Source: Pelagomonas calceolata (taxonomy: Eukaryota). From it: a DNA stretch of 64,000 bases. This document shows positions 1 through 11,700 of the stretch, one piece after another. Both the position numbers and the translations under genes were made by a program. The notes below the pieces were generated by a model. That model saw nothing but the letters and a program-made list of their open reading frames with translations. It was not told the origin of the DNA and made no database searches. The DNA is taken from the NCBI GenBank assembly GCA_918797485.1, contig CAKKNE010000004.1, positions 5,084,001 through 5,148,000 of the forward strand, in the 5' to 3' direction. The stretch's first letter is position 1. Every line of letters begins with the position of its first letter.

Positions 1-471
1 AAGAGCACCATGCCGCGCGAGGGCCGGGTTTAGCGAGCGAGAGACCGAGCTCGATGCGGATGCGGCGGCGGGCGGGATGACCGGTTACCCGCCACCCGAC
101 GCGCCCACGCGTACGCCGGCCGTGGCGTGCAACCCGCACTTGCCCGCGGCGCAGCGCGCCCGCTGCCCCGGTCCCGCAGGCGAGTCCAGGGATCCCGCTG
201 GTCGCCCTCGACGGGCGCGTTTGGGCCCGACGGCCTGCCAAGACGGCCTGCGCTTTCGTGCGCTTGGTGGGAAGCAATCGAAGCAACAGGTACGGAGGCA
301 ACTGCGGATCTTAACTCTCGCCGCAATCGTACGACCGTCCGCGACGGGTTACTGTGGCGGCGACGGCGTGTGATGGTTTTTGGTCGGGTATGGTAGGTTT
401 GGGTATGTATAAAAGTACCTAACAACGCGCTTTTAGGGCGCAGCTTGCCAGCGCCGGCGACGGAAAACGGC

Positions 472-1722
472 ATGAATACCCAGGTCATCGATTTGACATC
501 TGAGGAGAGCTCGAGCACGCAGCGGTTGACCTCGTTCGAGGCGTCGACGGAGGCGGCCGCGGTGACGCCGGACACGAGCGGCGACGCGGCGCTGGCCGAG
601 CGCCTCGCACGCAAGGAGTCCGCGCGCGCGAAACCGAACGGCGACGCGCCGGACACGAGCGGCGACGCAGACCTCGCGGCCAAACTCGCGGGCAGCGGCC
701 CCGCGGACACGAGCGGCGACGCGGACCTCGCGGCCAAACTCTCGGGCAGCGGCCCCGCGGACACGAGCGACGACGCGGCGCTCGCCGCGCGTCTCGCGGG
801 CCAGGCGGACCGCACCGCGGGCGACGCGGCCTACGCCGCGCGGCTGGCCGCCCGCGACGCCCGCACGGAGGGCGACGCGGCGCTGGCGAGGCGCCTCGCC
901 GCCCGCGACGCCCGCACGGAGGGCGACGCGGCGCTGGCGAGGCGCCTCGCCGGCGCGGACGACGCGAAGAGACGCCGCGTCGAGCCCGCGCCCGTCGCCG
1001 CGCTCGCGTCGATCCGCCGGTTGCTCGGCGCGGATCCCGCCGACCTGGCGCGGCCCGACGAAGCCGTCCGGCTCTACCCGCAGCCGGACGGCTGGAGTTG
1101 TGGCTACCGCTGCCTGCAGACGCTCGTGTTCGCGCTGCGGCGCGCCGGCGCCGAGTACGGGACGGCCCTGGCGTCGGCGGGCCTCGCGGAGCCCGGCGGC
1201 GTCGCGTCGGTCTCCGCCGTCCAGGCGGCGGTCGAGCGCGGCTGGACCCGCGGCTTCGACCCCACGGGCGCGCAGCAGACGCGAGACAGGCTGCGCGGGC
1301 GCTTTCCGTTCGTGGGCTCGCGCGAGTGGATCGGCTGCTGCGAGGCGTGCGTCGCGCTGCGGAGCGCCGGCGTCCGCGCGGACGTCCGGGGGTTCGACGG
1401 GCGGCGCGACGGCCTGGCCGCGCGGCGCCTCGTCACGTACCTCGCAGACTACTTCAAGAACGTCGTCGGCGTCGGATCCGACGACGTCTGGGGCGCGTCG
1501 TGCCTGCCGCCGGCGCTCGTCTGCTTCGGCGGCCACAACCGCTGCGTCGTCGGCGTGTCGCGCGACCGGCTCGTGCTCCTCGACCCGAAGTGGCGCGAGC
1601 CGCGCCTCCAGTGCATGGCGCCGGCGGACCTGGCGCGCCACGCGCGCCAGTGGGAGTGCCTGGTCGTGCGGCCGGGCGTCGCCACGCGTCCGCTGCCGAC
1701 GGAGCCCGGCGATCCGGCCTGA
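472..1722 (+). CDS. ZUP1: ZUP1/ZUFSP-like deubiquitinase (peptidase C78) with N-terminal tandem MIU-like repeats
   Basis: ATG at 472. Catalytic-Cys motif DGWSCGYRCLQTL, GFDPTGAQQ...WIGCCE and His/Asp motifs GGHNRCVVGV...LLDP fit the C78 family. Seven D-A-x-L/Y-A-x-[RK]-L motifs precede the catalytic domain. Confidence 0.85.
   Translation: MNTQVIDLTSEESSSTQRLTSFEASTEAAAVTPDTSGDAALAERLARKESARAKPNGDAPDTSGDADLAAKLAGSGPADTSGDADLAAKLSGSGPADTSDDAALAARLAGQADRTAGDAAYAARLAARDARTEGDAALARRLAARDARTEGDAALARRLAGADDAKRRRVEPAPVAALASIRRLLGADPADLARPDEAVRLYPQPDGWSCGYRCLQTLVFALRRAGAEYGTALASAGLAEPGGVASVSAVQAAVERGWTRGFDPTGAQQTRDRLRGRFPFVGSREWIGCCEACVALRSAGVRADVRGFDGRRDGLAARRLVTYLADYFKNVVGVGSDDVWGASCLPPALVCFGGHNRCVVGVSRDRLVLLDPKWREPRLQCMAPADLARHARQWECLVVRPGVATRPLPTEPGDPA
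571..951 (+). repeat. Coding tandem repeats (54-bp and 51-bp periods) encoding MIU-like helices
   Basis: gacacgagcg recurs at 571, 652, 706 and 760; acggagggcgacgcggcgctggcgaggcgcctcgcc recurs at 865 and 916. Confidence 0.9.
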
Positions 1723-1858
1723 CTCGGACGTAATGTGGTTGGGTGTGTACTAAATAAGAGATCTAATGTGGGTTCCAAATCAGGGCACTGGCACTGCCAG
1801 TGGCATGAAAAATGACTAAGACACGGACTTGGAATGAAGTCAAGTCACATTAAACAGG

Positions 1859-3912
1859 CTAGGCGTACTGCATGCGCGGGTTCGGCAGCACGGAGATTGA
1901 GAGCGGGATGACCTGCCTGCAGTTGGGACACGTCGCCGATTCGCCGACGCGGTCGCCCTCCGTAGACAACCGCTGCGCGGCCGCCAGCCAGTCCGAAAGA
2001 CACCGCGCGTGGAGGGTCGTACCGCAGCACGCCATCACCTTCGTGTTTTCCAACGCCAAGAGCTCGAGGCAGCAGACGCACACGTCGTCCGGCGCGACGG
2101 TCAACACCCTCGCGGGCGACGGCCGCGTCAAGCCGCCGTCGTCGGCCTCGTCGTCGTCGTCGTCGTCGGACCCGAGCATTTCCCAGGTAGTAGGCGTCGC
2201 CTCGGGCGGCGGAGGCGGCTCCGGCGCCGCCGGTGCGCCGCGCGGGCCGCCGCGAACGACCTCCCGAGGTCGCTCCGCGTCGCACGCCTGGCAGACCGTC
2301 GTGCCGGGCGCGTTCACGAGCGTGCACCGGTCGCAGGTCCACGACGTGGGTGACGGTGGCGCGCGCGCGGGCGGCGGCGGCGCCGTCGGCGCGGGCGCGG
2401 GCGGCGGCGGCGCGGTCGCGGCGTGCTCGCTCAGGAGCGGCTGCGGCGGCCGCGCGCCGGGCAAGCGGCGGCAGCTCAGGTACCGCACCGCGCCGTCGGC
2501 GTATTCTTCCGCGCGGAGCCCGTAGAGCGCCGCGACCTCGGCGGCGCGGGTCGAGTCGGCCCGCGTCGCGCGCGCCGGCAGCGGCACCTCGCCGTCCGCC
2601 TCGCAGCACCGCGCCAGCTTCCGCTCCAACGCGCGCAACGCGCCGCCGCCCCCGGCCAAACCGTCGACGTGGGTCGCGAGCGTCCGCTGCGCCCAGAGGA
2701 CCTGTGTATGAATCAACATTTCACGGCCTTCGACTCACCGGTTGATTTTTCGCACGGCAGAGGACCAGCGCCGGCGGCCACGCGACCGTTTGCGCGGCGC
2801 GCTGTCGATCGACGCCGAACGCGTCCGCGAGGCGCCGGTTCCGCGCGAGCAGGCGGTCGTTCGTCGACGGCGCGGCCCGGGGCCGCGGCCTGTGCGGAAA
2901 TCAAAATTTTACGGCGCGTTCGTGCTGAATCATCGCGTCGTCCTCCACGCCATCGACGCGACGCCGGCTCGACGGCGTGGCGATGCCGGCTCCTCGCCGC
3001 TCGACCGAGCCAGGACGGCCGCGCCATCGCCGAGAAACGACTTAGTGCACCCGACGCACTGGTTGATTTCCACACAGGCCGCGGCGGCGCCGAAAAAAGC
3101 CCGCGCGGGGCGGCTTGGGCGCGGCGCGCCCAGAAGGCGGCGTCGTCCCGGCGCCGCGTCGCGCTCTCCAGGACCGGGTACGACTCGGCGCTGTCCGGCG
3201 GCGGCGGCCGCGGCGCCGCGCTCGGCGCCGCCTCCTGGAAGACGCCGACGTCCGCATCCTCGACCACCAGACCGCCGCCGCCCCGTTCCGCCCGCCGCGC
3301 CGCGTCCTCCGCCAAGCGCACCTGCCGCGCGCCCAGGCTCTCCGCGTCGCCCCCGAACAAGGCGGCGAGGACGCGGCGCGACTCGGCCCGCAGCCTCTCG
3401 GACTGGAGCCTCCGTTGCGCGTCGTCGTCGCGCGAGAGGTCCAACGCGCGCGCCACGGTCGCGTCCTTCGCGCGGCCGTGCTTCTCGAGGTGCGCGTCCA
3501 ACGAGGCGCACGTCTCCCGCCGCAGCGGCCGCCGCGTGAGCGGATTCGCGAAGACGTTCGAGGAGACCAGGTACGCCGCGAGCACGCGCGCGTCGAAGAG
3601 CATCTTGTGGCCGTCCTCGTCGATCTCGAAGGGCTCGACGCGCAGCCGGTTGAGCGGCTCCAACGAAATGGGGTCCGTCTCCGACGCCGCGAGCTCGCGC
3701 CACCACTGGCCTTTGCGCGTCGGCGCGGCCTCGCGCCACCACCGCGTCACCTCGGCTTTCGCTTTTTGGGCGTCGCCGCCCTTTGCGAGCGCCACCAGCG
3801 CGGCGTCGGGCACGTGCGCGGGAGCGATCCGGCGCAGCGCCGCGATCGCCGCGGGCGGCACCGTCCCGCCCCGCTTCTGCGCCCCGCGTTTTTGCGCAGT
3901 TTTTGCGGCCAT
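1859..3912 (-). CDS. Multi-domain putative E3 ligase (U-box-like, R3H-like, RanBP2/NZF zinc finger, C-terminal RING); exons 3912-3086, 2889-2766, 2701-1859
   Basis: Removing two introner introns joins the frames exactly. Motifs: DPISLEPL...NPLTRRPL, WTCDRCTLVNAPGTTVCQAC, and CVCCLE...CCGTTLHARCLSDW...CPNCR. Confidence 0.8.
2702..2757 (-). mobile_element. Introner element, short degenerate copy; GT-AG intron 2765-2702 (64 bp)
   Basis: Imperfect TIRs ctgtgtatgaatcaac / gttgatttttcgcacgg. Perfect 8-bp TSD cagaggac at 2694-2701 and 2758-2765. Removal gives WPPAL|VLWAQ. Confidence 0.85.
2890..3077 (-). mobile_element. Introner element; GC-AG intron 3085-2890 (196 bp)
   Basis: TIRs ctgtgcggaaatcaa / ttgatttccacacag. 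Perfect TSD gccgcggc at 2882-2889 and 3078-3085. Removal restores the frame. Confidence 0.93.
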
Positions 3913-4298
3913 GAAAAAATCTATGCGCTGTGGAGCAAGCACAGGGTTCACAGGTTGCCTCCGCAAAGGCGAAAGGTGCAAGCACTTGCGCTGGCAGCGG
4001 GCCGGGCGATTGGTTATCTGTAGCAGACCCCCAAAGGCTGTCAGGCGTTGACAATCAGCACAGCCGCGCGCGAAGCGGTTCGCGCGGCGTGAAACTTGTG
4101 TTATGTGTGTTTCTAGGGTAGATAGACGTCCGCCTCCCAGGTCCTGCCACAGCTAGCGCCGTAAGGCACTAGCATCACCGGCGCTTTTGCGACGCAGCCT
4201 TGGACAGCCCAAATTCTTGTCGCTGGGTTAACTTGCCAGCCCAGAACGCTTTGTCTAGCCAGCCACCGCGCGGGGGCGTATTGACGGGCCGAGCAATA

Positions 4299-7200
4299 AT
4301 GGAGGCCGTCTACCGCCAGGCGCGGGCGGTCCTCGACAAGGCCGCCGCCGCGACGAACAAGGACCAAAAGACCGCGCAGATCTCGCTCCTCGTGGAGCTC
4401 TGCGCGTACCGCGGCGACAGCGCCCTGGTGGCGGAGGTGGTCGAGGGCGTCGCGGGCTACGCGGCCGACCGCTCGGCGAAGGTGCGCAAGGCCGTCGTCG
4501 AGTTCGTGGACGCGGTCGTCGCCAGGGGGAAGTTGCAAGTCACGGACGAGTGCGCGTCGACGGCGCTCGCCACGTGCTGCGTGCTCGCCGTCGACGAGAA
4601 CGAGCCGGTCGCCGCGGCGGCGCTCCGCGGCGCCGCGAGGCTGCTGGGCGACGAGCGGTTCGCGGCCGCGACCGTCGACGACGCCAGTCGCGAGCGCTTG
4701 CGCAACGCGGTCGACCCGTCGCACCGCCGGACCGCGACGGGCAGGGACGACGCGGTCCAGTCCGACGCGCACCGGGACGCGGCGCTCGCCGCCGTCGTGG
4801 CGCTGCTCGTCCGGGACGCGGCGGCCGACGGAAAGCGGCCCTCGAAGGCGACGAAGGCCGACGCCGCGGCGCTGGCGGCCCGCGCGGAGACGGGCGACGC
4901 GGCGGCCCTCGACGCGGCGGCCGCGGCGCTCGGGCGGCAGTTCGCCAAGTGCCACCGCGAGCTCGTGGCGGCCATCCTGGCGGCCCTCGAGAAGGACTCG
5001 TCGCACAGCCGCGCGGCGTGCCGGGCCCTCCACGCCGCGGAGCTGGAGCGGACGCGGTCGTCGACGGGCGCGGCGCCGCGCGGACGTCGACCGGGGGCCG
5101 CGCGGGGGGCGTCGCGCGTCCCGGGGACGCGGCGAGACGCCCCGGCGCCCGCGCAGGCGCGATCGCCGCGGCCGCCAACAAGTTGGAAGCGGCGCTTCGA
5201 CGCGAAAAGCTCGGCGGGGCCGCCGACGACGCGCTGCGGCGCGCGCGGCAGGGCCAGCCCTTCGAGAGCGAGGAGCCCCCGGCGAAGAAGCGGCGGCGGG
5301 ACCCGCGGACGCGCCGGGAGCGCAAGCTCAGCATCGACTACGACGACGTGGGCGACGACGCCATGGAGGTCGAGGAGGAGGACCTCGAGATGCCGCCGCC
5401 CGCGGAGCCCCCCAAGGACGACCGCGCGCTGTCCGCGCAGGCGGCGGGGCGGCTCGTGGCGGGCGCGCGGGGCCCCCGGGCGGCGGCGGCCCCCGTCCCC
5501 GACGCGCACCGGGCCCGGCTGCGCGAGGGCGCGGCGGCGCGCTGCCTCGCCGCGCCGGCCGAGACCGTCGCCGGCGAGAAGCGGTTCGAGACGCGGGACG
5601 CGATCGTCGCGCGCCTCGCGCGCGGCGAGGCCTGCGACCAGCCGGAGGGCGTGGCGCGCGTCCTGCGCCGGGCCGTGGCCGACAAGAAGAGCCGGCGGGA
5701 CGGCCTGGAGCTCGGGCTGCGGGTGCTGTTCGAACTCTACGCGCGCGAGAAGCGCGGCGCGGCCCGCGACGCGTACGACCGCTGCCTGCTGGCGCTCCTC
5801 GGGGCGCTCCGGGACGGGCTGGACGCGGAGGAGCGCAAGCTCCTCGCGGAGGCGGCCCTGGGCGCCCCCCGGCTCCCGGACGCGGCGATCGCGTTCCTCG
5901 GGGACCTGTGCGAGTCGCCGGACCACGTGGCGCTCGGGCTGGGCGCGCTGCGGGACGTGGCCACGCGGCGCCCGGCGGCGCGGGACCGGTGCCTGCGGCG
6001 CGCGCTGGAGCTGACGCGGCGGCCGGACGTCGCGCCCGAGGTGCGGGAGAAGGCCGTCCGCCTGGCGACGAACCAGCTGTGGCCCAACGCGGCGCTGCGG
6101 GAGACGGTCGTGGCCTTCGCGCGCGCGCGGCTCGAGACGGCCGCGCGCGAGGGGCCCGAGGGCCGCGCCGGCGACGGCGGCGACGCGCTGGCGGCGGCGC
6201 GCCGGGAGCTCGCGCTGGTCGTCGCGCTGTGCGTCAAGGACGCGTCGCTCGTGCCGGACGTCGTGCGGGCCGCGGCGGCGACCGCCGACGCGCCCGACGA
6301 CGCGCGGCGCGCCACGACGCGCCAGGCCTGCGAGGCGGAGCTCCCCAAACTGGCGCCAGCCCTCGCCACGGTCCACGGCGCCAAGCCGACGCTCGAGCAC
6401 GCCGCCGACGCGCTCGGGGGCGACCTGTCGCCCCGGCGGCGCGACGCGACCGAGGCGCTCCTGCGGTCGCTGGTGGCCGCGCTCGCGACCGGGCGCGGCG
6501 CGCGCGCGCCCCAGCTCTGGGAGGGCGCCGTCGCCGTGCGCGCGCGGGCGCGGCGGGAGCGGGGCAGCGCCGAGGAGGACGACGGGGTGGAGTTCCTGAC
6601 GCCCGCGCTCGGCGCGGCGACGGCCGCGGAGGTCGAGGCGGCGCTGCCGTCCCTGCTGCGGCGGCTCGACGACGCGCAGCTCGGCGCGGCGTTCCGGCGC
6701 GCGGTGCAGACGCACGCCGCGCGCGCGCGGCGTCCCGACGCGCGCGCGCTTTTTTTTTGTTTTTCCCCGCCGGTCCGCGACGCGCCGCCCGGTCCGCGCG
6801 CAGGCCAAGGCGTCGAAGTCGACCACGGACCTGGGGGCCGCGGACCTCCTGGTGAAGCTGCACCGCGTCCCGGCGGGCGCCGTGCCCGTCAAGCGCCTGA
6901 ACGAGGCGCTCAACGTCTGCCTGAGCCTGCGCGACGTGTTCGGGCCGCTGGCGCTCCGGGACGCGCTGGACCGCATGACGCCGCCGCAGGGCTCGGGCGC
7001 CGAGGGGCTCGCGGGCGTGCCGAAGGCGTTCCTGCGGACGTGCATCCTGGCCGTCAAGACGCACCCGGCGCAGCTCGCCGGGCCGGTCGCGCGGCGCGTG
7101 CTCCCGCGGCTGGTCGACGTGGGCGTCTGGCGCGACGCGGACCTGTGGAAGGGCTTCCTCATGTACTGCAAGATCCTGGGCGCCGGCGCGGGCGCCGGCG

Positions 7201-7370
7201 ACGACGCGTGCTTCGCCGCGGCGCTCATGCTGCCCGCGCCGCAGCTGCAGAAGCTCCTGGCGTTCGCGCCCAAGCTGAAGCTGCCGCTGAAGCGGCACGC
7301 GGAGAAGCTCGTCAAGGCGCGCGACACGGACGGGGTGGTGGCGGGGTGCCTTAAGTTGCTCGGGCTTTGA
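4299..7370 (+). CDS. SYMPK: Symplekin-like mRNA 3'-processing scaffold; two ordinary introns (about 5086-5156, donor uncertain; 6704-6803)
   Basis: HEAT-like N-terminus (SAKVRKAVVEFVD). The C-terminal block LLVKLH...ALNVCL...FLRTCILA...LPRLV...VWRDADLWKGFLMYC...LMLPAPQL resembles Symplekin_C. Both frame changes coincide with gcgcag acceptors at 5156 and 6803. Confidence 0.8.
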
Positions 7371-7947
7371 CGTTCAGAGTGTGTAGGCTGGGCAGGCGAG
7401 GACCTGCGCGGCGGGATTGGTCCCGGGGATTCGGTCGCGTACCCGTCGGAGCGTTCCCGCGCCTAACAAGAGCGGTGCGCGCGGTATCGTTTTTGCCGCC
7501 CGTAAATCACTACTCACGCGTCACGAGTAGAGCGATCCTAGTCCGAGCGCACCTCTGGGTACCGCCGCCGACACACGCGCGGCCTACAGAACTCGAAGCC
7601 CTGCGCGGCCGTGGATAGGCGGAGACGCTTTTGGCTAGTGTCTCTCTCACGCTACATACTGCAACCCGCGACCGGGAGCGGTCCTCGATCGGTACGGCCT
7701 GATGGCAGGCGTCGGAAGGCGTCTCGCGGAGGCCGGGTTGCAAGATGGTTGATCATCGAGGAGCAGCCAGAGCACCCAGATCTTAAGCGTCGACACCACC
7801 AGCACTCTGCGCGGACAGTTTTGCTCTCCAACCAGCGCGCGCGCTGTCTTCGATACGCTTACAGAGTGAATCCCACGCCGCGCGGCGGCCTCCAGTGCCA
7901 CACAGAGCTAAGACAGAGGCTCAGACGGCGGCCTCTCAGTGCCAGAG

Positions 7948-8457
7948 ATGGACTCCCCGCTCTCGCCCGCAGCCCGCGTCGCAGCACGAGTAGTGTTCGC
8001 CGGCCTGCCGCCGGCCTGGCTCTCGACCTTTGACAGCAGCTCGTCGCTCGACGACGACGACGACGACGACGAGGCGCTCGACGGCTACGACGAGGACCCG
8101 TTCGACGCCGACCCGCGGCGGGCGCGACGGCAGTACCAGTTCTACGCGCGGCGGCGCAGCGCGCGGCTCTCCACGTACAAGGAGTGGGTCGGCGCCGTCC
8201 GGCGCGCGAGCCGCGAGCGAGCCGCCCGCGAGGCCGCCCGCGAGGCCGCGCCGCTCCAGCGCTGGCGCCTGCCACCGCCCCGACGGCTCCGGTACCGGTC
8301 GGGGCAGAACGCCTTCACGGCGTTCAGCTGCCTGGCGGTCGCGATGGGTCTCGCGGGGGCGCCGTACGACCCCTTCGAGGAACGCTACCCGGACCGCAAG
8401 CACAGAGAAGCGTCCTGGCAGAAGCTCGCCGCGCGCTACGTGTCGCCGGTCCTCTGA
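7948..8457 (+). CDS. Hypothetical protein (~169 aa, acidic tract)
   Basis: ATG-to-TGA ORF with host-like C/G third positions between less coding-like flanks; no domain recognised. Confidence 0.55.
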   Translation: MDSPLSPAARVAARVVFAGLPPAWLSTFDSSSSLDDDDDDDEALDGYDEDPFDADPRRARRQYQFYARRRSARLSTYKEWVGAVRRASRERAAREAAREAAPLQRWRLPPPRRLRYRSGQNAFTAFSCLAVAMGLAGAPYDPFEERYPDRKHREASWQKLAARYVSPVL

Positions 8458-8749
8458 AAAACTCCGTGCGCCGCGCGATGCGGCACACGCTTCTCCTCTT
8501 TCCTCACGCGCCGCGCCCCGAAAGGCGCGCCGCCGTCTCCGCCGCTGCTCGCAAACCACCATCCCTTGTCTCCTTATGTTAAGAATTTATGATACTATGG
8601 GAGCCATCTGTGCCAGCCCGAGTCACTGGCACACCGCGAACGTCACCGCGACGACGACCGAGCATCACTGGCAAGCTACGTTAGAAAGATTAGGTATATA
8701 CGAACGAGCCCTCCCCCCTCTCCGGCCGGGGAGCGGAAGCACCACACTC

Positions 8750-11700
8750 TCACTCCTGCGCGGCGACGGCCGCCGACGCCTCCTCCTCGAGCGTCGCCAT
8801 CGTCGCGAGGTCGTCGCTCGAGTCGACGCGCTCCCCGAGGATCGCGTTCTCGTCGACGTTCGCGTTGATGTCGTCGCTGAGGATGTACTTGACGCGCGTG
8901 AAGCACTTCCGCAGGAGGGGCGACAGCGCGATGAACTCGCCCCGCAGCTGCAGGCAGTTGTGCATCTTCAGCAGGACGTTGCCGACGTGCCAGAGGCGCT
9001 TCTTGAGCACGTGCCGCTCCAGCGACGAGATGGCGGACGCGGGCGGCATGCGGCGGTCCTTGGCGATCTCGAACACCGACCCGTCGAGGTCCGCGTGCGC
9101 CGGCAGGCGCAGCGCGTCCCGGTCGCCGGCGAGGGCCTCCGGCACGCCGTCGAGCCGCGCCTGCGACGCCGCGACGATCTTCTCCCACTTGGCCCAGTTC
9201 TCCTGCCGGGCGGCGTCCTTCTGGATCCACGTGCACTGCGCGAGCGGCGTCGCGCCCTCGCGGCACGGGTGGCGGTCCACGATGTGCAGGAACGCGGCGA
9301 AGAACGCGATCTGCACCGCCTCCGAGCCGGCGTCCTCGGTGGCCTTCTTGAAGTTGAAGCGGTTCTTCACGAACTCGCCCATGAAGTCGGGCAGGGCGTG
9401 GGCGAGGGCCACGCTCTCCGGCAGGTAGTCGCGCAGCTCCCACACGCAGCACAGCTTCGGCCGGACGTCGGTGTTCTGGTCCGCCTCGGCGTCGCCGACC
9501 CAGAGGTCCAGCTTCTCGAGCGCGGCGAGCGCCTGCGCCACCGTCGCGTCCGACTCCGCCGCGGTCCGCCGCGCGCCCGCCGCGTGCTCCGCGAGCGAGG
9601 CCGCGCACAGCCGCTGGAGCATGGGCCGGTCCGCCGTCGCGCACAGGGCGTTCGCCGCGCACGCGTCGGACAGCGCGAGCGGCAGGGCCATGGTCGCGAA
9701 GTGCGGCGTCTTGCCGACGATGCCCGGCACCGTGCCGACCATGAGCCGCCGGATGCGCGGCCAGGTCATGCCCAGGTAGACGAGGTTGCCCTGCGTGTCG
9801 AGGCCCCGCCGGCCCGCGCGGCCGGCCATCTGCTGCGCGAGCAGCGGCGTGAGGAGGCCGCCCTCGTCGCCGCAGAACATCACGGTCCGGAAGGGCATGT
9901 TCACGCCGTACGCGAGGCTCACGTCCGAGAACACGATGGCCAGCTTGCCCTGCTGCGCCAGGCGCTGCACGACGCGCCGGTACACGGAGAAGGCCGCGTC
10001 CTCGATGTAGATCGCGAAGCCGCGCCGCAGCGCCCGCACGAGGATGTGCGTCGGCTTGAGCTCCTCGCGGCCCTGCGTGTCGCGCTTGAGCTCGAGCAGG
10101 ATGTCGTCGATCTCCTTGGCCGAGAGCCGCGACGTCGGCGGCGCCAGCACGAACTCGGGGTGCGGCGCCGAGACGTCGACGAAGGCGTCGCCGCCGTCGT
10201 CGAAGCCGTCGCGCGCCGCCTCCTCGGCCTCCTTCTCGTTGCGCGCCGCGTTCTTCTGGCGCTGCTCGGCCTCGCGCTGCTTCTCGTCGGCCTTGGCCTG
10301 CAGCTCCGCCGAGTACTCGGGGTACCGGGCGTCCTGCGCCTCCTCGAGCTCGACGAGCAGGCTCTTGAAGAGCGCCAGGCAGCGGAACGAGTCCAGGTGG
10401 AACGCGAGCGCGGGGAACAGCAGCTTAGACCGCATCTGCGTCGCGACGTTCAGGATGGAGAACCGGCCCGTCGACGCGGCGGCGTCCGCGCCCTCGGCCG
10501 CGCGCAGGTGGTCCGGCACGAACGAGTCGAGGAAGGCCGCCAGCGCGTCGGGGTCCCGCGCCGCCTCGTCGTAGAGCCGCTGCTTGAGGGCGCCCTCGTA
10601 GGCCTTGGCGCCGTCGAGCGTGATGCGGCTCCGCGCGGACGCCGCGGCCTTGAACGCGTCGGACTTGGGGTCGTCGCGCGGCGCGCGGCCCGTCCGCTTC
10701 TCGATGGCGGCGAGCGCCTCGTCGCGCGCCGCCTCCTCCCGCTTCGCCGCCTCGCCGAAGAACGTCGCCGGCTTGAGGCCGGCCGTCCCGTCGTAGGCCT
10801 TGGCGAGGGCCTCGTACAGGCTCTTGGAGTCGGCCGGCGTCATGGCGAAGGCGAGCTTCTCGTCGCCGAGGAGCTGGGGCACCTTGAGCGCCGCGCAGGG
10901 GTGCAGCGCGGCGAGCTGGCCGCGCGGGTCGAGGACCAGGTTCTGCACGTTGATGAAGCGGCCCGCGTGCTCCACGAGCTCCACGGCGTCGCCCGGCGCC
11001 GCGTCGTCGCGCACGCACTGCCACCAGTCCCGGAGCTCGGACGCGTTGCCGATCGTCGCGGAGAGCGCCAGCGTCGGGCACGTGACGTAGCGCACGAGGC
11101 GCTGCAGCGCCGCGCCCTCGTCGCCGTCGAGCGCGTGCACCTCGTCGAAGACCGCGTAGTCGAAGTCGAAGCCGCCGTCGAGCTGGGCGTAGTCCCAGCG
11201 CGTCGACGTGCACTCCTCGCCGACCTGGCCCCGGATCTTGACGAGCGAGCTCTCCAGCGCGAGCGGCGTGCCGACGACGACGCGCGACCGGTCCTCGGAC
11301 GGCCGGTAGGCCAGCTGGTTCGTGGCCAGGGCCACGCGCGCCGACCCCTGCAGGAGCTTCTCGAACATGGCGGCGACCTGCCACACGAGGGGCTCCGTGG
11401 GCACCACGAACAGCACGCGCTCGTTCGCGACGCACGTGTACGTCGAGATGACCGTCTTGCCCGACGACGTCGGCGCGCACACGACGGCGGACTTGCCGTT
11501 GTCGATGTGCCGCAGCACCTTCTTCTGCCACGCGTCGAGGCGCCAGCCCTTGAGGAAGCGCGAGAGCGGCGGCAGCCGGTCGTGCATGCGCGCGAGCTGA
11601 AATTCCGCCAGCTCCAGCTCCTTGCGCAGCTTCTTCGCCGCGCGCACCTCCTTCCGGAACTCGTGGACCAGCGCGGCCGCGGGCGTCGCCGGCTTCGCCT

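Noticed and set aside
1..400. Short ORFs at the window start
   Set aside because: No clear codon bias or motifs; likely intergenic or the 5' region of a gene outside the window.
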